Positions 1-9,739 of a stretch of 61,918 nucleotides of DNA are shown piece by piece. The position numbers were made by a program, and so were the translations under genes. Within the stretch, counting starts at the first letter, position 1. Each line of letters begins with the position of its first letter. Origin of the DNA: a candidate division Zixibacteria bacterium SM1_73 (GTDB taxonomy: Bacteria > Zixibacteria > MSB-5A5 > SM1-73). The DNA lies in assembly GCA_001304225.1 (NCBI GenBank), contig LJVD01000004.1:1-61918 (forward strand), written 5' to 3'. The notes beneath the pieces were generated by a model that did not search any database, had not been told where the DNA came from, and worked only from the letters and a program-made list of their open reading frames with translations.

Positions 1-174
1 CTCGGTTTTTTCTCGGCTACTTGAGATATTTCTCATCCCCCAGCATCACTGTCTCTAACCTCAATTTATATTTATCAGTTTCTATCCCGGTTCTGATGGC
101 TGGTAGGTCGACCACGTCCGCAGGGCTGGTTGACCGTTCCTATGATCTGCCAAGCAGGTTTCGCCATGCTTGAC

Positions 175-696
175 CTATGGTGCTAGTTCTTTCTCATGTT
201 TTCTGACGAAATCAAGAAATTTTCGCAAAGTGGGTTCAACTCTCTCCTGGTAAAATTCTGCCGCACGAGGATTCATTTGTTTAGCTACCGATGGATTTAT
301 GATAAGGCACAAGTTGCGAAGATTTAATCTCAAGTTAAACTGATCAATAACATCTTTGGCGCTCCATGTGATATCGATCAAATTTATTTCAAGACTGTCA
401 GCGATTGGCTGAAACGAGGGCAAATTGCTTAAGAGTTCATTAATTGACTGATTTAGCAAGGGTTCATATGGAAAGCCTACATCCATACTTGCAGTTGTAT
501 CTTTGAACATGTGCACTACGCCTGGATCCAGGTTGAATCTACATTCATTGATAGCTGACCTTAGGAGTTTCCGTCTTTTGTCGCTTTCGCTCTTTTGATA
601 AAAGAAATTCGAAGCATAAAAAGTGATAAGAGCGCCTACAATGACGCCAAAAAGTGTCCAGACTGCGTTTTTGTCGTACCATTTCTTGCCACTCAT
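175..696 (-). CDS. hypothetical membrane-anchored protein
   Basis: 173-aa ORF with one N-terminal hydrophobic helix (WTLFGVIVGALITFYASNFFY). I recognise no family motif. Confidence 0.4.
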   Translation of the reverse strand: MSGKKWYDKNAVWTLFGVIVGALITFYASNFFYQKSESDKRRKLLRSAINECRFNLDPGVVHMFKDTTASMDVGFPYEPLLNQSINELLSNLPSFQPIADSLEINLIDITWSAKDVIDQFNLRLNLRNLCLIINPSVAKQMNPRAAEFYQERVEPTLRKFLDFVRKHEKELAP

Positions 697-910
697 TTTT
701 ACTTGCCTCGTTTTGATTTCCTCTGTTCGCTACGGTCGCCTTCGAGATAAGTCCCTCTGCCGTACTAGGATATTGTTATGCCGAAGTGCAGGTGTCAGGT
801 AATTCGCCTATGGGTCGCAACCCGACCTACGACTCCTGACCTCTCCCCCTATTTCCCTTCAGGGTGAACCCCTCTCCACTTTGTGGAGAAGGGGACTAAG
901 GAAGTGAGGT

Positions 911-2173
911 TCAAAACAATCCTAACTGCTTGGTCTCCTCTTTTTCCTTTTCACCGAAAATCTGGATTTTGCCGTAGACGCCATCATGTCCAGGGGTTAT
1001 TTGCAGATTGCCCTCCCGCACCCTTTTGATCCCTTCGAGTATTTTGGGAGGAGTTGATTTTTCCAATTCCTCCAAAGGAAGATCAAGCAGTATGCGGAAT
1101 TCAGATCCATACGTTGAAACCAGCCTCAGGTACTCATTCTCCACACCTTTGGTGTCCATGCCTTGATTTAGTGCCTCGGCGATTATCTCCATCAGAGGAA
1201 TCAGATGTTTGCAGAAGATAGCATTTTCAGGCACAAAACCTTCAGAACGATCGGCTAAACTCTCCACCCGGTGCATAACACCTATGGTGAGTTTTCTTCC
1301 GCATACCGGACAGATGTTTTTGTTTTTCCTGGATTCGGCAGGAGAAAAGAGTATGCCGCAGTTTCTGTGCCCATCAAAGTGATATTTTCCCTCTTCGGGA
1401 AAAAACTCGATGGTAAAAAGTAACTTTTCTTTGTCTTTATTCTTAATAGCTTTTATTATCTCTTTGTAATCCATCTCGCAATCGAAGACGTTCGCTTCCC
1501 TGCCGATCCGATTAGGTGAATGAGCATCGGAGTTGGAAATGAGACAAATTTTATCTAAGGAGGATAAGCGCCAGTTCATCTGCGGATCAGAGGAGAGTCC
1601 GGTCTCAATGCAAGAGATATGTTTGGACTGCTCCTCAAAACATTCCTCGATTGAGTCGAAGCCGGAATTAGCTCCAAATACGGAAAACCAGGGCGTCCAG
1701 GCATGTGCTGGCACCAGGAAAATTTCGTCCGAAACGTCTGTGATTATCTCTACTAACTCCTTAGCCGAGAATCCAAATATGGGTCTGCCATCAGAACTTA
1801 GCTTTCCCAATTCGGAAAGCTCATTGTTTATCTTTTCCACCACCTTGAAGTTGGGAGCAAAGATCATGGTATGAATCCTTCTAGAGCCACCAGCCTGCTG
1901 GAACATGTTGCTTACCTCGGTGGTGAGCATGAAATAGACGTCTGCTTGCGATGCGTTTTTTCTATACTCTTTTTTCAAGGTAAACAGACCGTTGCCCAAA
2001 GGTTTCAATTTTTGCCTCAATTCGGCAAAATAGAATGGATGGGTGAAATCTCCCGTTCCTAATAAACTAACTCCTTTCAGGCTGGCCCACTTTGCCATAC
2101 TCTCCACATCCATATCTTTGGAGGTTGCCCGACTGTATTTGGAATGCACATGAAAATCAGCGATGAATCTCAT
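911..2173 (-). CDS. PHP-domain endonuclease Q-like protein
   Basis: N-terminal PHP metal motif FHVHSKYSRATS, a later SNSDAHSP, and CPVCGRKLTIGVMHRVESLA, which I associate with the EndoQ/TIGR00375 family. Confidence 0.65.
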   Translation of the reverse strand: MRFIADFHVHSKYSRATSKDMDVESMAKWASLKGVSLLGTGDFTHPFYFAELRQKLKPLGNGLFTLKKEYRKNASQADVYFMLTTEVSNMFQQAGGSRRIHTMIFAPNFKVVEKINNELSELGKLSSDGRPIFGFSAKELVEIITDVSDEIFLVPAHAWTPWFSVFGANSGFDSIEECFEEQSKHISCIETGLSSDPQMNWRLSSLDKICLISNSDAHSPNRIGREANVFDCEMDYKEIIKAIKNKDKEKLLFTIEFFPEEGKYHFDGHRNCGILFSPAESRKNKNICPVCGRKLTIGVMHRVESLADRSEGFVPENAIFCKHLIPLMEIIAEALNQGMDTKGVENEYLRLVSTYGSEFRILLDLPLEELEKSTPPKILEGIKRVREGNLQITPGHDGVYGKIQIFGEKEKEETKQLGLF

Positions 2174-2222
2174 TGTGTCTCCTCAAAAATGTCAAGTTGA
2201 TCCAATAATTTTACTTGAAACC

Positions 2223-2251
2223 AGTATAGCTTTTTGAAAGCCTTTTGTCAA
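2223..2251 (-). promoter_or_regulatory. sigma70-like promoter for the endoQ-like gene
   Basis: The minus strand reads TTGACA (2251-2246), a 17-nt spacer, then TATACT (2228-2223), about 50 nt upstream of the ATG at 2173. Confidence 0.45.
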
Positions 2252-2660
2252 CTTTAACTTTGGTTTTGTTTAAAAGTGGATGATGAAGAAAATGCTTGAC
2301 TTTCACTCGGTGTTTGCATAAGTTCAAATTGTTGTTTTCAAAAAAAGGAGAGACTGAAAAGAAAACTTGATGAATAAGGGATTGGGGTACCGAAGGAGGT
2401 GGTAAGAATATTCAATCCTTCGTCAAGCCCAGGACACTGAGCAGAGTCGAAGTCGAGGATTGATTCCTGAGGGCTTCGCGACTGAGCTCTGGTGAAGTCT
2501 GAAATCGAAAGATCAACTAAATCTACTCAAAATAAGTCATTAATGAGCAATCTCTTGTGTTTAATGATGTTGTCACTGGAGAGGTTAGAATCGCTGTCTT
2601 CCTTCTATCTCCAAGAGAGACATTATTGGACAGAGAGACAAAGAAGAACAGGAGGTTAGA

Positions 2661-2957
2661 ATGGCAGGTAGCAAGCTCTATGTAGGAAATCTTGGCTATT
2701 CCGTAACTAATCAGGACCTGGAAGATTTGTTCTCCGAGTACGGTGAAGTTAGGCAAATCAACATAATTGAAGGTAGGGGTTTCGGATTTGTTGAAATGTC
2801 TAACCCATCGGAAGCTGAGAAAGCAAAGGAAGCATTGGACGGTTCCAATTACAAAGGACTTACCTTGAAAGTTGACGAAGCTCGCCCGCCTAGAAGGAGA
2901 GAAAGAGGAGCTCGCCCGCCTAGAAGGAGGCAAGGAAGGGATTATCGAAGATATTAG
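2661..2957 (+). CDS. RRM-type RNA-binding protein with Arg-rich tail
   Basis: RNP2 LYVGNL and RNP1 RGFGFVEM motifs. The C-terminus carries ARPPRRRERG/ARPPRRRQGR. Confidence 0.85.
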   Translation: MAGSKLYVGNLGYSVTNQDLEDLFSEYGEVRQINIIEGRGFGFVEMSNPSEAEKAKEALDGSNYKGLTLKVDEARPPRRRERGARPPRRRQGRDYRRY

Positions 2958-3199
2958 AATAATTGAGAGTTAATATAAATTTAGTGTTGAATACAGTATA
3001 GTAATGGGCTGGCCATGTACCATATGGTAAATGGTCAGCCACTTCATATAACTTGGCGCTTTTGCCCAGTGCTTCGTACCGGATAAAGGACACGCGCTTT
3101 GGATGGTCTTTGCGGCTCTGGGAACTTGTCCCAGGCGGAGTGAAGGGCTTACTTTGAGCGAAACCGAAAGGTTTCTCCAAACCTCTGACTTCTATTATG

Positions 3200-3229
3200 C
3201 CCCACAGATAGACTGTGGGGTTATTCTTT
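3200..3229 (+). terminator. rho-independent terminator-like hairpin
   Basis: ccccacag-ataga-ctgtgggg followed by ttattcttt. It lies about 240 nt after the RRM stop codon. Confidence 0.5.
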
Positions 3230-3273
3230 ATATGTACCAGAACTTAAGTTGATCCAATAATTTCATCAAAATC

Positions 3274-3302
3274 AGTATAGCTTTTCGAAAGCTTTCCGTC
3301 AC
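3274..3302 (-). promoter_or_regulatory. second copy of the endoQ promoter-leader module, with no clear gene downstream
   Basis: The minus strand reads GTGACG, a 17-nt spacer, then TATACT. The surrounding ~56 bp (3246-3301) are about 75% identical to 2195-2250. Confidence 0.35.
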
Positions 3303-3421
3303 CAAAACGCAAATAAAGTCCTTGCAAAAAATTACAAAGCTATTATATTAAAAAAACAAATGGGGGTTATTTTTTTTCTACATTTTTGTAGACTCTCTTG
3401 ACGTAGTAAATTGCGTGGGAG

Positions 3422-4096
3422 ATGGCCAAGAAGATTATAGCCATAGATGGACCGGCGAGTTCTGGAAAAAGCACCACCGCTAAGCTGGTGGCAAAGAAAT
3501 TGAATTTTTTTTATCTGGATACTGGAGCAATGTATCGTGCTATAACTCTGAAGGCTTTGGAAGAAAGTGTGGACGTTAATGATGAAAAAAAATTGGAAAA
3601 GTTGGTCAAAGATTCCGTCATATCATTCAAAAACGAAAATGGTATCCAAAAGATACTATTGGATGGCAAGGATGTGAGCGAGAAGATCAGGAAGCCTTTG
3701 GTGGATTACAATGTCTCTTTGGTCTCTATGCATAAAAAGGTTAGAAAAGTTTTGGTTGAAAAGCAGAAAGAAATCGGTCGAAAACACAATTTGGTAGCAG
3801 AAGGAAGGGATACCACCACCGTGGTCTTTCCTCATGCTTTTAAAGTATATTTAGACGCGGATTTGAAAGAAAGAGCAAAAAGGCGGTTTTTGGAGCTTAA
3901 AGATAAGGGGATTCAAACTTCGCTGGAAGAACAGATGAAAGAGATCGCCCAAAGGGACAAACTCGATTCCGAAAGGGAGGCAAGCCCCCTTTGTCTGGCC
4001 AAAGATGCGATGGTGGTGGACACCACTCATCTGACCATTGAAGAGCAGGTGAACAGGGTGATTGAACTTTACGAAGATACATCTCGAGTTTCCTGA
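3422..4096 (+). CDS. cmk: cytidylate kinase
   Basis: P-loop IAIDGPASSGKST and DTGAMYRA motifs. It lies upstream of rpsA, the classic cmk-rpsA synteny. Confidence 0.9.
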   Translation: MAKKIIAIDGPASSGKSTTAKLVAKKLNFFYLDTGAMYRAITLKALEESVDVNDEKKLEKLVKDSVISFKNENGIQKILLDGKDVSEKIRKPLVDYNVSLVSMHKKVRKVLVEKQKEIGRKHNLVAEGRDTTTVVFPHAFKVYLDADLKERAKRRFLELKDKGIQTSLEEQMKEIAQRDKLDSEREASPLCLAKDAMVVDTTHLTIEEQVNRVIELYEDTSRVS

Positions 4097-4188
4097 GATT
4101 GGGCCTTTGACAGGCATGAGATTCTGGTCAAGATCGAGCCAATGAGAATTCCAAAGACGGGAGACCCGACGATAGACTCAGTTAAAAG

Positions 4189-4812
4189 GTGAGAACTCAT
4201 TACTTTTTAGGTTGGGCAATTATTAATCTAATGCTCAGAATTCTTTGGCGGTTCAGAAAAAAGGGAGCAGAATTTATCCCCAAAAAAGGTGGGGTAATCA
4301 TAGCTTCCAACCATGCAGCTTATGTGGACCCGCCCTTTCTGGGGGCAGCTTCCACCCGAGAACTTTATTATCTAGCAAAGACTGAACTTTTCAGCAATGG
4401 ACTTTTAGGCTGGTTGATCCGGAAATATAATGCCTTTCCCATAATCAGGGGATCTTTTGATAGGAAGGGAATGTCTCAGGCCGCGGAACTTTTAAGAGAA
4501 AAGAAGGCGCTTCTCCTTTTTCCTGAGGGGACCAGAAGCAGAGATGGAAACCTTTTGGAGCCCAAATTGGGGTTGGGAAAGATAGCCCTGGAAGCGGGCG
4601 TCCCCATAGTCCCCGCCTATATTGCCAACTCAAAAGACCTATTTTCGACCTTTTTGAAAAGGAGAAGATTGGTGATCCTCTTTGGTTCGCCCATTCTCAA
4701 AAGTTGGCTGGATAGAATTCCGAAAGATAAAGAGGGGTATAAGAGAATAGGACAAGAGATAATGTCGAGGATCAGAATGCTGAAAGAAAAAGCAGAAAAT
4801 GATGATTTTTGA
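4189..4812 (+). CDS. plsC: 1-acyl-sn-glycerol-3-phosphate acyltransferase
   Basis: NHAAYVDP (the NHxxxxD motif) and FPEGTRS motifs. GTG start. Confidence 0.85.
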   Translation: MRTHYFLGWAIINLMLRILWRFRKKGAEFIPKKGGVIIASNHAAYVDPPFLGAASTRELYYLAKTELFSNGLLGWLIRKYNAFPIIRGSFDRKGMSQAAELLREKKALLLFPEGTRSRDGNLLEPKLGLGKIALEAGVPIVPAYIANSKDLFSTFLKRRRLVILFGSPILKSWLDRIPKDKEGYKRIGQEIMSRIRMLKEKAENDDF

Positions 4813-4867
4813 TTTGCTTTATTAAAAGAGTTGAGTAGATTATCTAAAAGGCCTCTGGTAGGTAATA

Positions 4868-5704
4868 ATGAAAGTTTTTGTGGTTAAGAAGGCGGGTTTT
4901 TGCTTCGGAGTAAAAAGAGCCATCAAGCTTGCCTTCGACTGTGCCAAGAGGAAAAACGAAAAAGTTTTTACCTGGGGACCTTTGATTCATAATCCCCAAG
5001 TGGTGGAGAACTTAAAGAAAAAAGGCGTTTGTGCCGTAGAGGATTTAAGAAAAATCAAAAAAGGAACTTTGATCATTCGTTCGCACGGCATACATCCGAA
5101 GATATTGGAGAGGATAAAAAAGAGAAAAATCGAGGTGGTGGATGCCACCTGCCCTTTTGTGAAGAGGGCTCAGAAGAAAGCGAGGCTTCTTTCCCATCAG
5201 GGCTATCAGGTAGCGGTGGTAGGAGAGGCGGATCATCCGGAGGTTCAGGGAATCATGGGATATGTTAACGGCTCAGCGCTGGTGATAAACCAAAATCGGA
5301 GCAAACGGAACCTTCCTCATTTTGAGAGATTGGGAGTGATCGCTCAAACCACCTTAAGCCTTGATGCCTTCAAACAAACGATTGGGGAGCTGCTTGAGAA
5401 GGCGGATGAGTTAAAGGTGTGCAACACCATATGTCATGCCACTGCCCGTGCTCAGAGGGCCACTTTAAAGCTGGCCAGCAAGGTGGATATGATGATCGTG
5501 GTGGGAGGACACAATTCAGCCAACACCAATCGCTTGGCAAAATTGTGCAAAGGACTGAGAACTCCCACTCATCATATTGAGACGGCAAAAGAATTGCGAA
5601 GGAATTGGTTTAAAGGCAAAACCAGCGTGGGAGTGACTGCCGGCACCTCTACTCCGGACTGGCTTATCCAAGAGGTGGTGGAGAGTATAAGAAAATGCAA
5701 TTGA
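4868..5704 (+). CDS. ispH: 4-hydroxy-3-methylbut-2-enyl diphosphate reductase
   Basis: N-terminal AGFCFGVKRAI and the conserved cysteines and histidines of the LytB family. Confidence 0.9.
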   Translation: MKVFVVKKAGFCFGVKRAIKLAFDCAKRKNEKVFTWGPLIHNPQVVENLKKKGVCAVEDLRKIKKGTLIIRSHGIHPKILERIKKRKIEVVDATCPFVKRAQKKARLLSHQGYQVAVVGEADHPEVQGIMGYVNGSALVINQNRSKRNLPHFERLGVIAQTTLSLDAFKQTIGELLEKADELKVCNTICHATARAQRATLKLASKVDMMIVVGGHNSANTNRLAKLCKGLRTPTHHIETAKELRRNWFKGKTSVGVTAGTSTPDWLIQEVVESIRKCN

Positions 5705-5751
5705 ATTTCACAGCCTTTCTGAATTTTGGATTAGCAAGATTTGATTCGAAA

Positions 5752-5851
5752 ATATGTCCTTCAGGATGATTCCTATCCTTCGACCCGGAGGTCTCACCTC
5801 TCCCGCCAAAGGCGGGATCAGTGCGAGGCAGGACCGAAGGGCAGGATGATT
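5752..5851 (-). repeat. ~100-bp intergenic repeat, copy A (inverted relative to copy B)
   Basis: The reverse complement aligns with 13171-13270 at about 88% identity. The core is cctgcccttcggtcYtgcctcgcactgatcccgcctttggcgggagaRgtgagacc. Confidence 0.8.
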
Positions 5852-5891
5852 CCATATTTGGACAAATTCCATATAAAGGAGGAACCGTTTA

Positions 5892-8204
5892 ATGGTTGAG
5901 GAGAAAAAATCCAAACCAGCATCTGCCCCCAAGAGGAAGGGTAAGGCAGAGACCAAATCTGGGGCAGCTGCTAAAATTTCCAAAAAAGGAGGTGAGAAGA
6001 AGGTCAGAAGCACGACCAAACGACCAGCCGCCAAAAGAAGAAGAATTGCAAAGAAGAAAACCATCAGCAAAAAGGAGACAACGGCGCAAGCCACCGTGAC
6101 CCCGGAAAAACCAAAGGAGGCAGAAGTCCCTAAAAAGGTTGCCAAGCCATTGCCCAAAGAGAAACCTTCTTTTAATTCTGCCCAGGCTTTGGCTAAGGCG
6201 ATGGAAAGGGAGTATTCCTCAGATGAATTCGATGAATTTCTAAAAATGTATGAAACCACCCTGCGTGATATCCAGGAAGGAGAAATCATAAAGGGGAAAG
6301 TGATGGGTGTGACCAAGGAGGATATTATTGTGGACGTGGGGTTCAAATCGGAGGGAATCATACCCTTAGCGGAATTCCCCGAGCCTCTGAACATAAAGGT
6401 AGGAGATGAAATAGAAGTATTCTTAGATGCCATAGAGGATCAAGATGGACAATTGGTCTTGTCTAAGCAAAAAGCCGATTTCATGCGAGTGTGGGAGAAA
6501 GTAAGAGAATCCCATGATAAGGGTGAATTGATTGAAGGCAAGGTTATACGCAGAATTAAGGGGGGAATGGTGGTGGATCTTTTGGGCGTGGACGCTTTTC
6601 TGCCTGGTTCACAGATAGCATTAAAGCAGATTCCGGATTTTGATGCCCTTTTAGGGCAGAACATGGAGCTTAAGGTAATTAAGCTCAACAAGGCTCGGCG
6701 CAACATAGTGGTCTCACGAAGGGTGGTCTTAGAGGAGGAAAGACAGCGGCAAAGAGAAAAGCTTTTGGCTGAAGTGCAACCCGGACAGACCATGGAGGGG
6801 GTGGTAAAGAATATTACCGATTTCGGGGTGTTCATCGATTTGGGAGGAGTGGACGGGCTTCTTCATATCACCGATATGTCCTGGGGAAGGATAAGCCATC
6901 CTAGCGAACTGGTGGCATTAGGTGATAAGATTAACATAAAGATATTGGATTTTGACAAGAGCACAGGAAGGATCTCCTTAGGTTTGAAACAGCTCACCCC
7001 CTATCCTTGGGAAAACATCGAGGAAAGATACCCGGTAGGAAAAAGAGTCAAAGGAAAGGTGGTTTCCATCACCGACTACGGTGCTTTCGTGGAGTTAGAG
7101 AAGGGAGTGGAGGGTTTAATTCACATCTCCGAGATGTCGTGGACACAACATATAAAGCATCCTTCTAAATTGATGGGAATCGGAGATGTGGTGGAAGCAG
7201 TGGTGTTGTCGGTGGATAAGGAAAATGAAAAGATCTCCTTAGGGATCAAACAATTAGAGCCGGATCCTTGGGCGAACATTGAGGAGAAATACAGGGTTGG
7301 CTCCCGGATAAGCGGCCGGGTCAGAAACCTGACCGCTTTTGGCGCTTTCTTGGAATTGGAGGAGGGAATTGACGGTTTAATCCACATCTCCGATATGTCC
7401 TGGACCAAAAGGATTCAGCATCCTTCAGAGCTGATGAGAAAGGGGGAGAGGATAGAGGTGGCGGTGTTGAATGTGGACAAGGAGACCCGCAGGATCTCCT
7501 TGGGCTACAAACATCTCAAGGAGGATCCTTGGCCCGAACTGTCAAGAAAATTTGGAATCAACAAAGAGACCACGGGCAAGATCCTGCGCCTTCTGGACAG
7601 AGGAGTCATCGTCGATTTGGGCGATGAGGTGGAGGGGTTTGTCTCCACCAATCAGTTGGGAAAACCGGAGATTACCAGACCAATAGATGCCTTTAATGAA
7701 GGAGATGAGATACCCTTGAAGGTGATAGAGTTCGATAGGTCTGGGAAACGAATCGTTCTCTCCGTGGACGCATATTATCGGGGAAGAGAGAAGGCCGAAC
7801 TTGAAGCATTCTTGGCCAAACATCCGACCAAAACCCTTAAGGTGGAGGAGATAGTAGAGGAGCGTCCTAAATTAGAGGTAGAAAAAAAGTTCGAGGAAAA
7901 AACAAAAGAAGCTTCTTCCCCATCTGGACCTCCCCGGATAAAGACAGAGGAAACCCACAAGGTTGAAACTGAAGATAAACCCATGCCTGAAGTAGAGGAG
8001 GAGAAAGAGGAAACTCCTCCCCAAGCTGAAGCGCCAGAGGTAAAGGCAGAAGAACTTTCCCGACCCAAAACCGAAGAGAAACCTAAAGGTGAGGGAGACG
8101 TAGTAAAAGACGAATCCAGCCCCTCAAAAGGAACTGGAGAGGTTCCTGAAACCAAGGGAGAAGATGAAACACCTGAGAAAAAAGGGGAGGAAACCAGCAC
8201 TTAG
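5892..8204 (+). CDS. rpsA: 30S ribosomal protein S1 with long charged N- and C-terminal extensions
   Basis: Six S1 (OB) repeats with GxVxxxxxxGxFVDLGG-like motifs. Lys-rich first ~100 aa and Glu/Lys/Pro-rich last ~130 aa. Confidence 0.9.
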   Translation: MVEEKKSKPASAPKRKGKAETKSGAAAKISKKGGEKKVRSTTKRPAAKRRRIAKKKTISKKETTAQATVTPEKPKEAEVPKKVAKPLPKEKPSFNSAQALAKAMEREYSSDEFDEFLKMYETTLRDIQEGEIIKGKVMGVTKEDIIVDVGFKSEGIIPLAEFPEPLNIKVGDEIEVFLDAIEDQDGQLVLSKQKADFMRVWEKVRESHDKGELIEGKVIRRIKGGMVVDLLGVDAFLPGSQIALKQIPDFDALLGQNMELKVIKLNKARRNIVVSRRVVLEEERQRQREKLLAEVQPGQTMEGVVKNITDFGVFIDLGGVDGLLHITDMSWGRISHPSELVALGDKINIKILDFDKSTGRISLGLKQLTPYPWENIEERYPVGKRVKGKVVSITDYGAFVELEKGVEGLIHISEMSWTQHIKHPSKLMGIGDVVEAVVLSVDKENEKISLGIKQLEPDPWANIEEKYRVGSRISGRVRNLTAFGAFLELEEGIDGLIHISDMSWTKRIQHPSELMRKGERIEVAVLNVDKETRRISLGYKHLKEDPWPELSRKFGINKETTGKILRLLDRGVIVDLGDEVEGFVSTNQLGKPEITRPIDAFNEGDEIPLKVIEFDRSGKRIVLSVDAYYRGREKAELEAFLAKHPTKTLKVEEIVEERPKLEVEKKFEEKTKEASSPSGPPRIKTEETHKVETEDKPMPEVEEEKEETPPQAEAPEVKAEELSRPKTEEKPKGEGDVVKDESSPSKGTGEVPETKGEDETPEKKGEETST

Positions 8205-8229
8205 TTGGTCTTGACAAGAAACATACAAA

Positions 8230-8281
8230 AGCGATGGCTTTTTGATCCACCGAAGATATGCAACTGCCATCGCTTTTTTAT
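8230..8281 (+). terminator. terminator-like hairpin after rpsA
   Basis: agcgatggc ... gccatcgct (9-bp stem, large loop) followed by tttttatt. Confidence 0.4.
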
Positions 8282-8455
8282 TATTTTACTACAAATGCAA
8301 AAGATTTTTTAATGGTTAACTTGATTGCCCCTCATCTTTTCCTTTAGGGAAGGGGTATGTAAGCTTATTTCTTGCTATTGTACTTAGGTGATCTCAAATA
8401 GCAGAGCTTTGAAGCCAGCCATCTTGTCGATATCGAGACTGGTGAGGTCAATCTA

Positions 8456-9739
8456 ATGAAAGTAGCCCTATTCACCGTCGGCTGCAAGCTGAACCAATAT
8501 GAAACTCAGGCCATCGCCGAGGAATTGGAGGATTGCGGCTTCGAAAGGGTTGATTTTTCATCCAGAGCGGATATCTACGTAATTAACACCTGTACGGTCA
8601 CCAAAGAGAGCGATTACAGTTCCCGTCAAGCCATTTATCGAGCAAAAAGAAGGTCTCCTCAAGCTAAGATTGTCGTTACCGGATGTTATGCCCAGCTGGA
8701 GAAAGAATTTTTGGAGAAATTGCCTGGTGTAAGTTTGGTTGTCAAACAGGACAAAAAGGGAGACCTGGTTAATTTGATTGCGAATTCATTTGGAGATCAT
8801 GCTATCAAGCCCACGGAAAAGAAAAGCTGTAATGAATTCTTCGGATTTAAGGTCTCCATGCATGCCGCACATACCCGGGCTTTGGTAAAAATTCAAGATG
8901 GATGTGACAAAAGGTGCTCCTATTGCGTGGTTCCATTAGCTCGGGGCAGTGAAAGAAGCAGAGAGGTCGATGCGATTTTATGCGAGATCGATCACCTGAT
9001 AAGAAATGGATATAAAGAGGTGGTCCTGACGGGTGTGCACATTGGCAGATATAATAAAGATGGCTTAAATTTGGTGAGCCTTTCAGATAAAATTTTAGAT
9101 CAGACAAAGGTGGAGAGATTGAGATTTTCCTCGATCGACCCAAAGGAATTTTCAGATGAAATGATCGAGTTAATCTCAAGATCAAAAAAAATCGCCAGAC
9201 AGTTACACATACCTCTGCAGAGCGGCGACGACCACATACTCTCTTTGATGAGAAGAAACTATACCACCGGTGAATACAGAAAGCTTTTGGAGAAAATAAG
9301 AGGTGCCATTCCCGAAGTTATGATTGGAGCAGATGTGATAGTTGGATTTCCAGGTGAAACGGATGAACAATTTGAAAAGACCTGTCAATTCATATTCTCT
9401 TCGCCCCTTAATTATCTTCATGTCTTCAGCTATTCCGGCAGAAGAGGAACTCCTGCCTCGCAGTTTCCTAACAAGGTTTCCCCACAAACCATCCATAAAA
9501 GAAGTGAAATCCTGCATGATCTGGGCAGGAAAAAATGGGAAGAGTATCTGAGCCTTTTCATCGGAAAGACATTGGAAGTTTTGATTGAGCAAAAAAGAGA
9601 TAAGAAGACTAATAAACTTTCTGGTCTTTCCGACAACTACATTCGGGTCTTATTGGATGGTGAAGATTTCTTGAGGAATAAGATTATTCCAGTTTTAATT
9701 CTACGAAGAGAAGGAAATATTTTGATAGGGAGGGTTTAG
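8456..9739 (+). CDS. mtaB: tRNA t6A37 methylthiotransferase (radical SAM, MtaB-like)
   Basis: N-terminal TVGCKLNQYETQ, the radical-SAM motif CDKRCSYC, and a C-terminal TRAM-like region. Confidence 0.8.
   Translation: MKVALFTVGCKLNQYETQAIAEELEDCGFERVDFSSRADIYVINTCTVTKESDYSSRQAIYRAKRRSPQAKIVVTGCYAQLEKEFLEKLPGVSLVVKQDKKGDLVNLIANSFGDHAIKPTEKKSCNEFFGFKVSMHAAHTRALVKIQDGCDKRCSYCVVPLARGSERSREVDAILCEIDHLIRNGYKEVVLTGVHIGRYNKDGLNLVSLSDKILDQTKVERLRFSSIDPKEFSDEMIELISRSKKIARQLHIPLQSGDDHILSLMRRNYTTGEYRKLLEKIRGAIPEVMIGADVIVGFPGETDEQFEKTCQFIFSSPLNYLHVFSYSGRRGTPASQFPNKVSPQTIHKRSEILHDLGRKKWEEYLSLFIGKTLEVLIEQKRDKKTNKLSGLSDNYIRVLLDGEDFLRNKIIPVLILRREGNILIGRV

Noticed and set aside
2920-3180. 86-aa minus-strand ORF downstream of the duplicated promoter.
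   Set aside because: It has a TTG start and no RBS, overlaps the RRM gene's 3' end, and has no recognisable features. I treat the region as a non-coding candidate instead.
5708-6433. 241-aa minus-strand ORF. Other long antisense ORFs of the same kind are 1533-1874, 42310-42909, 57368-57865, 7775-8200 and 51637-51948.
   Set aside because: They lie fully antisense to well-supported genes (rpsA, endoQ-like, HEAT protein, TerL, helicase). Their composition is low-complexity or biased and they carry no recognisable motifs.
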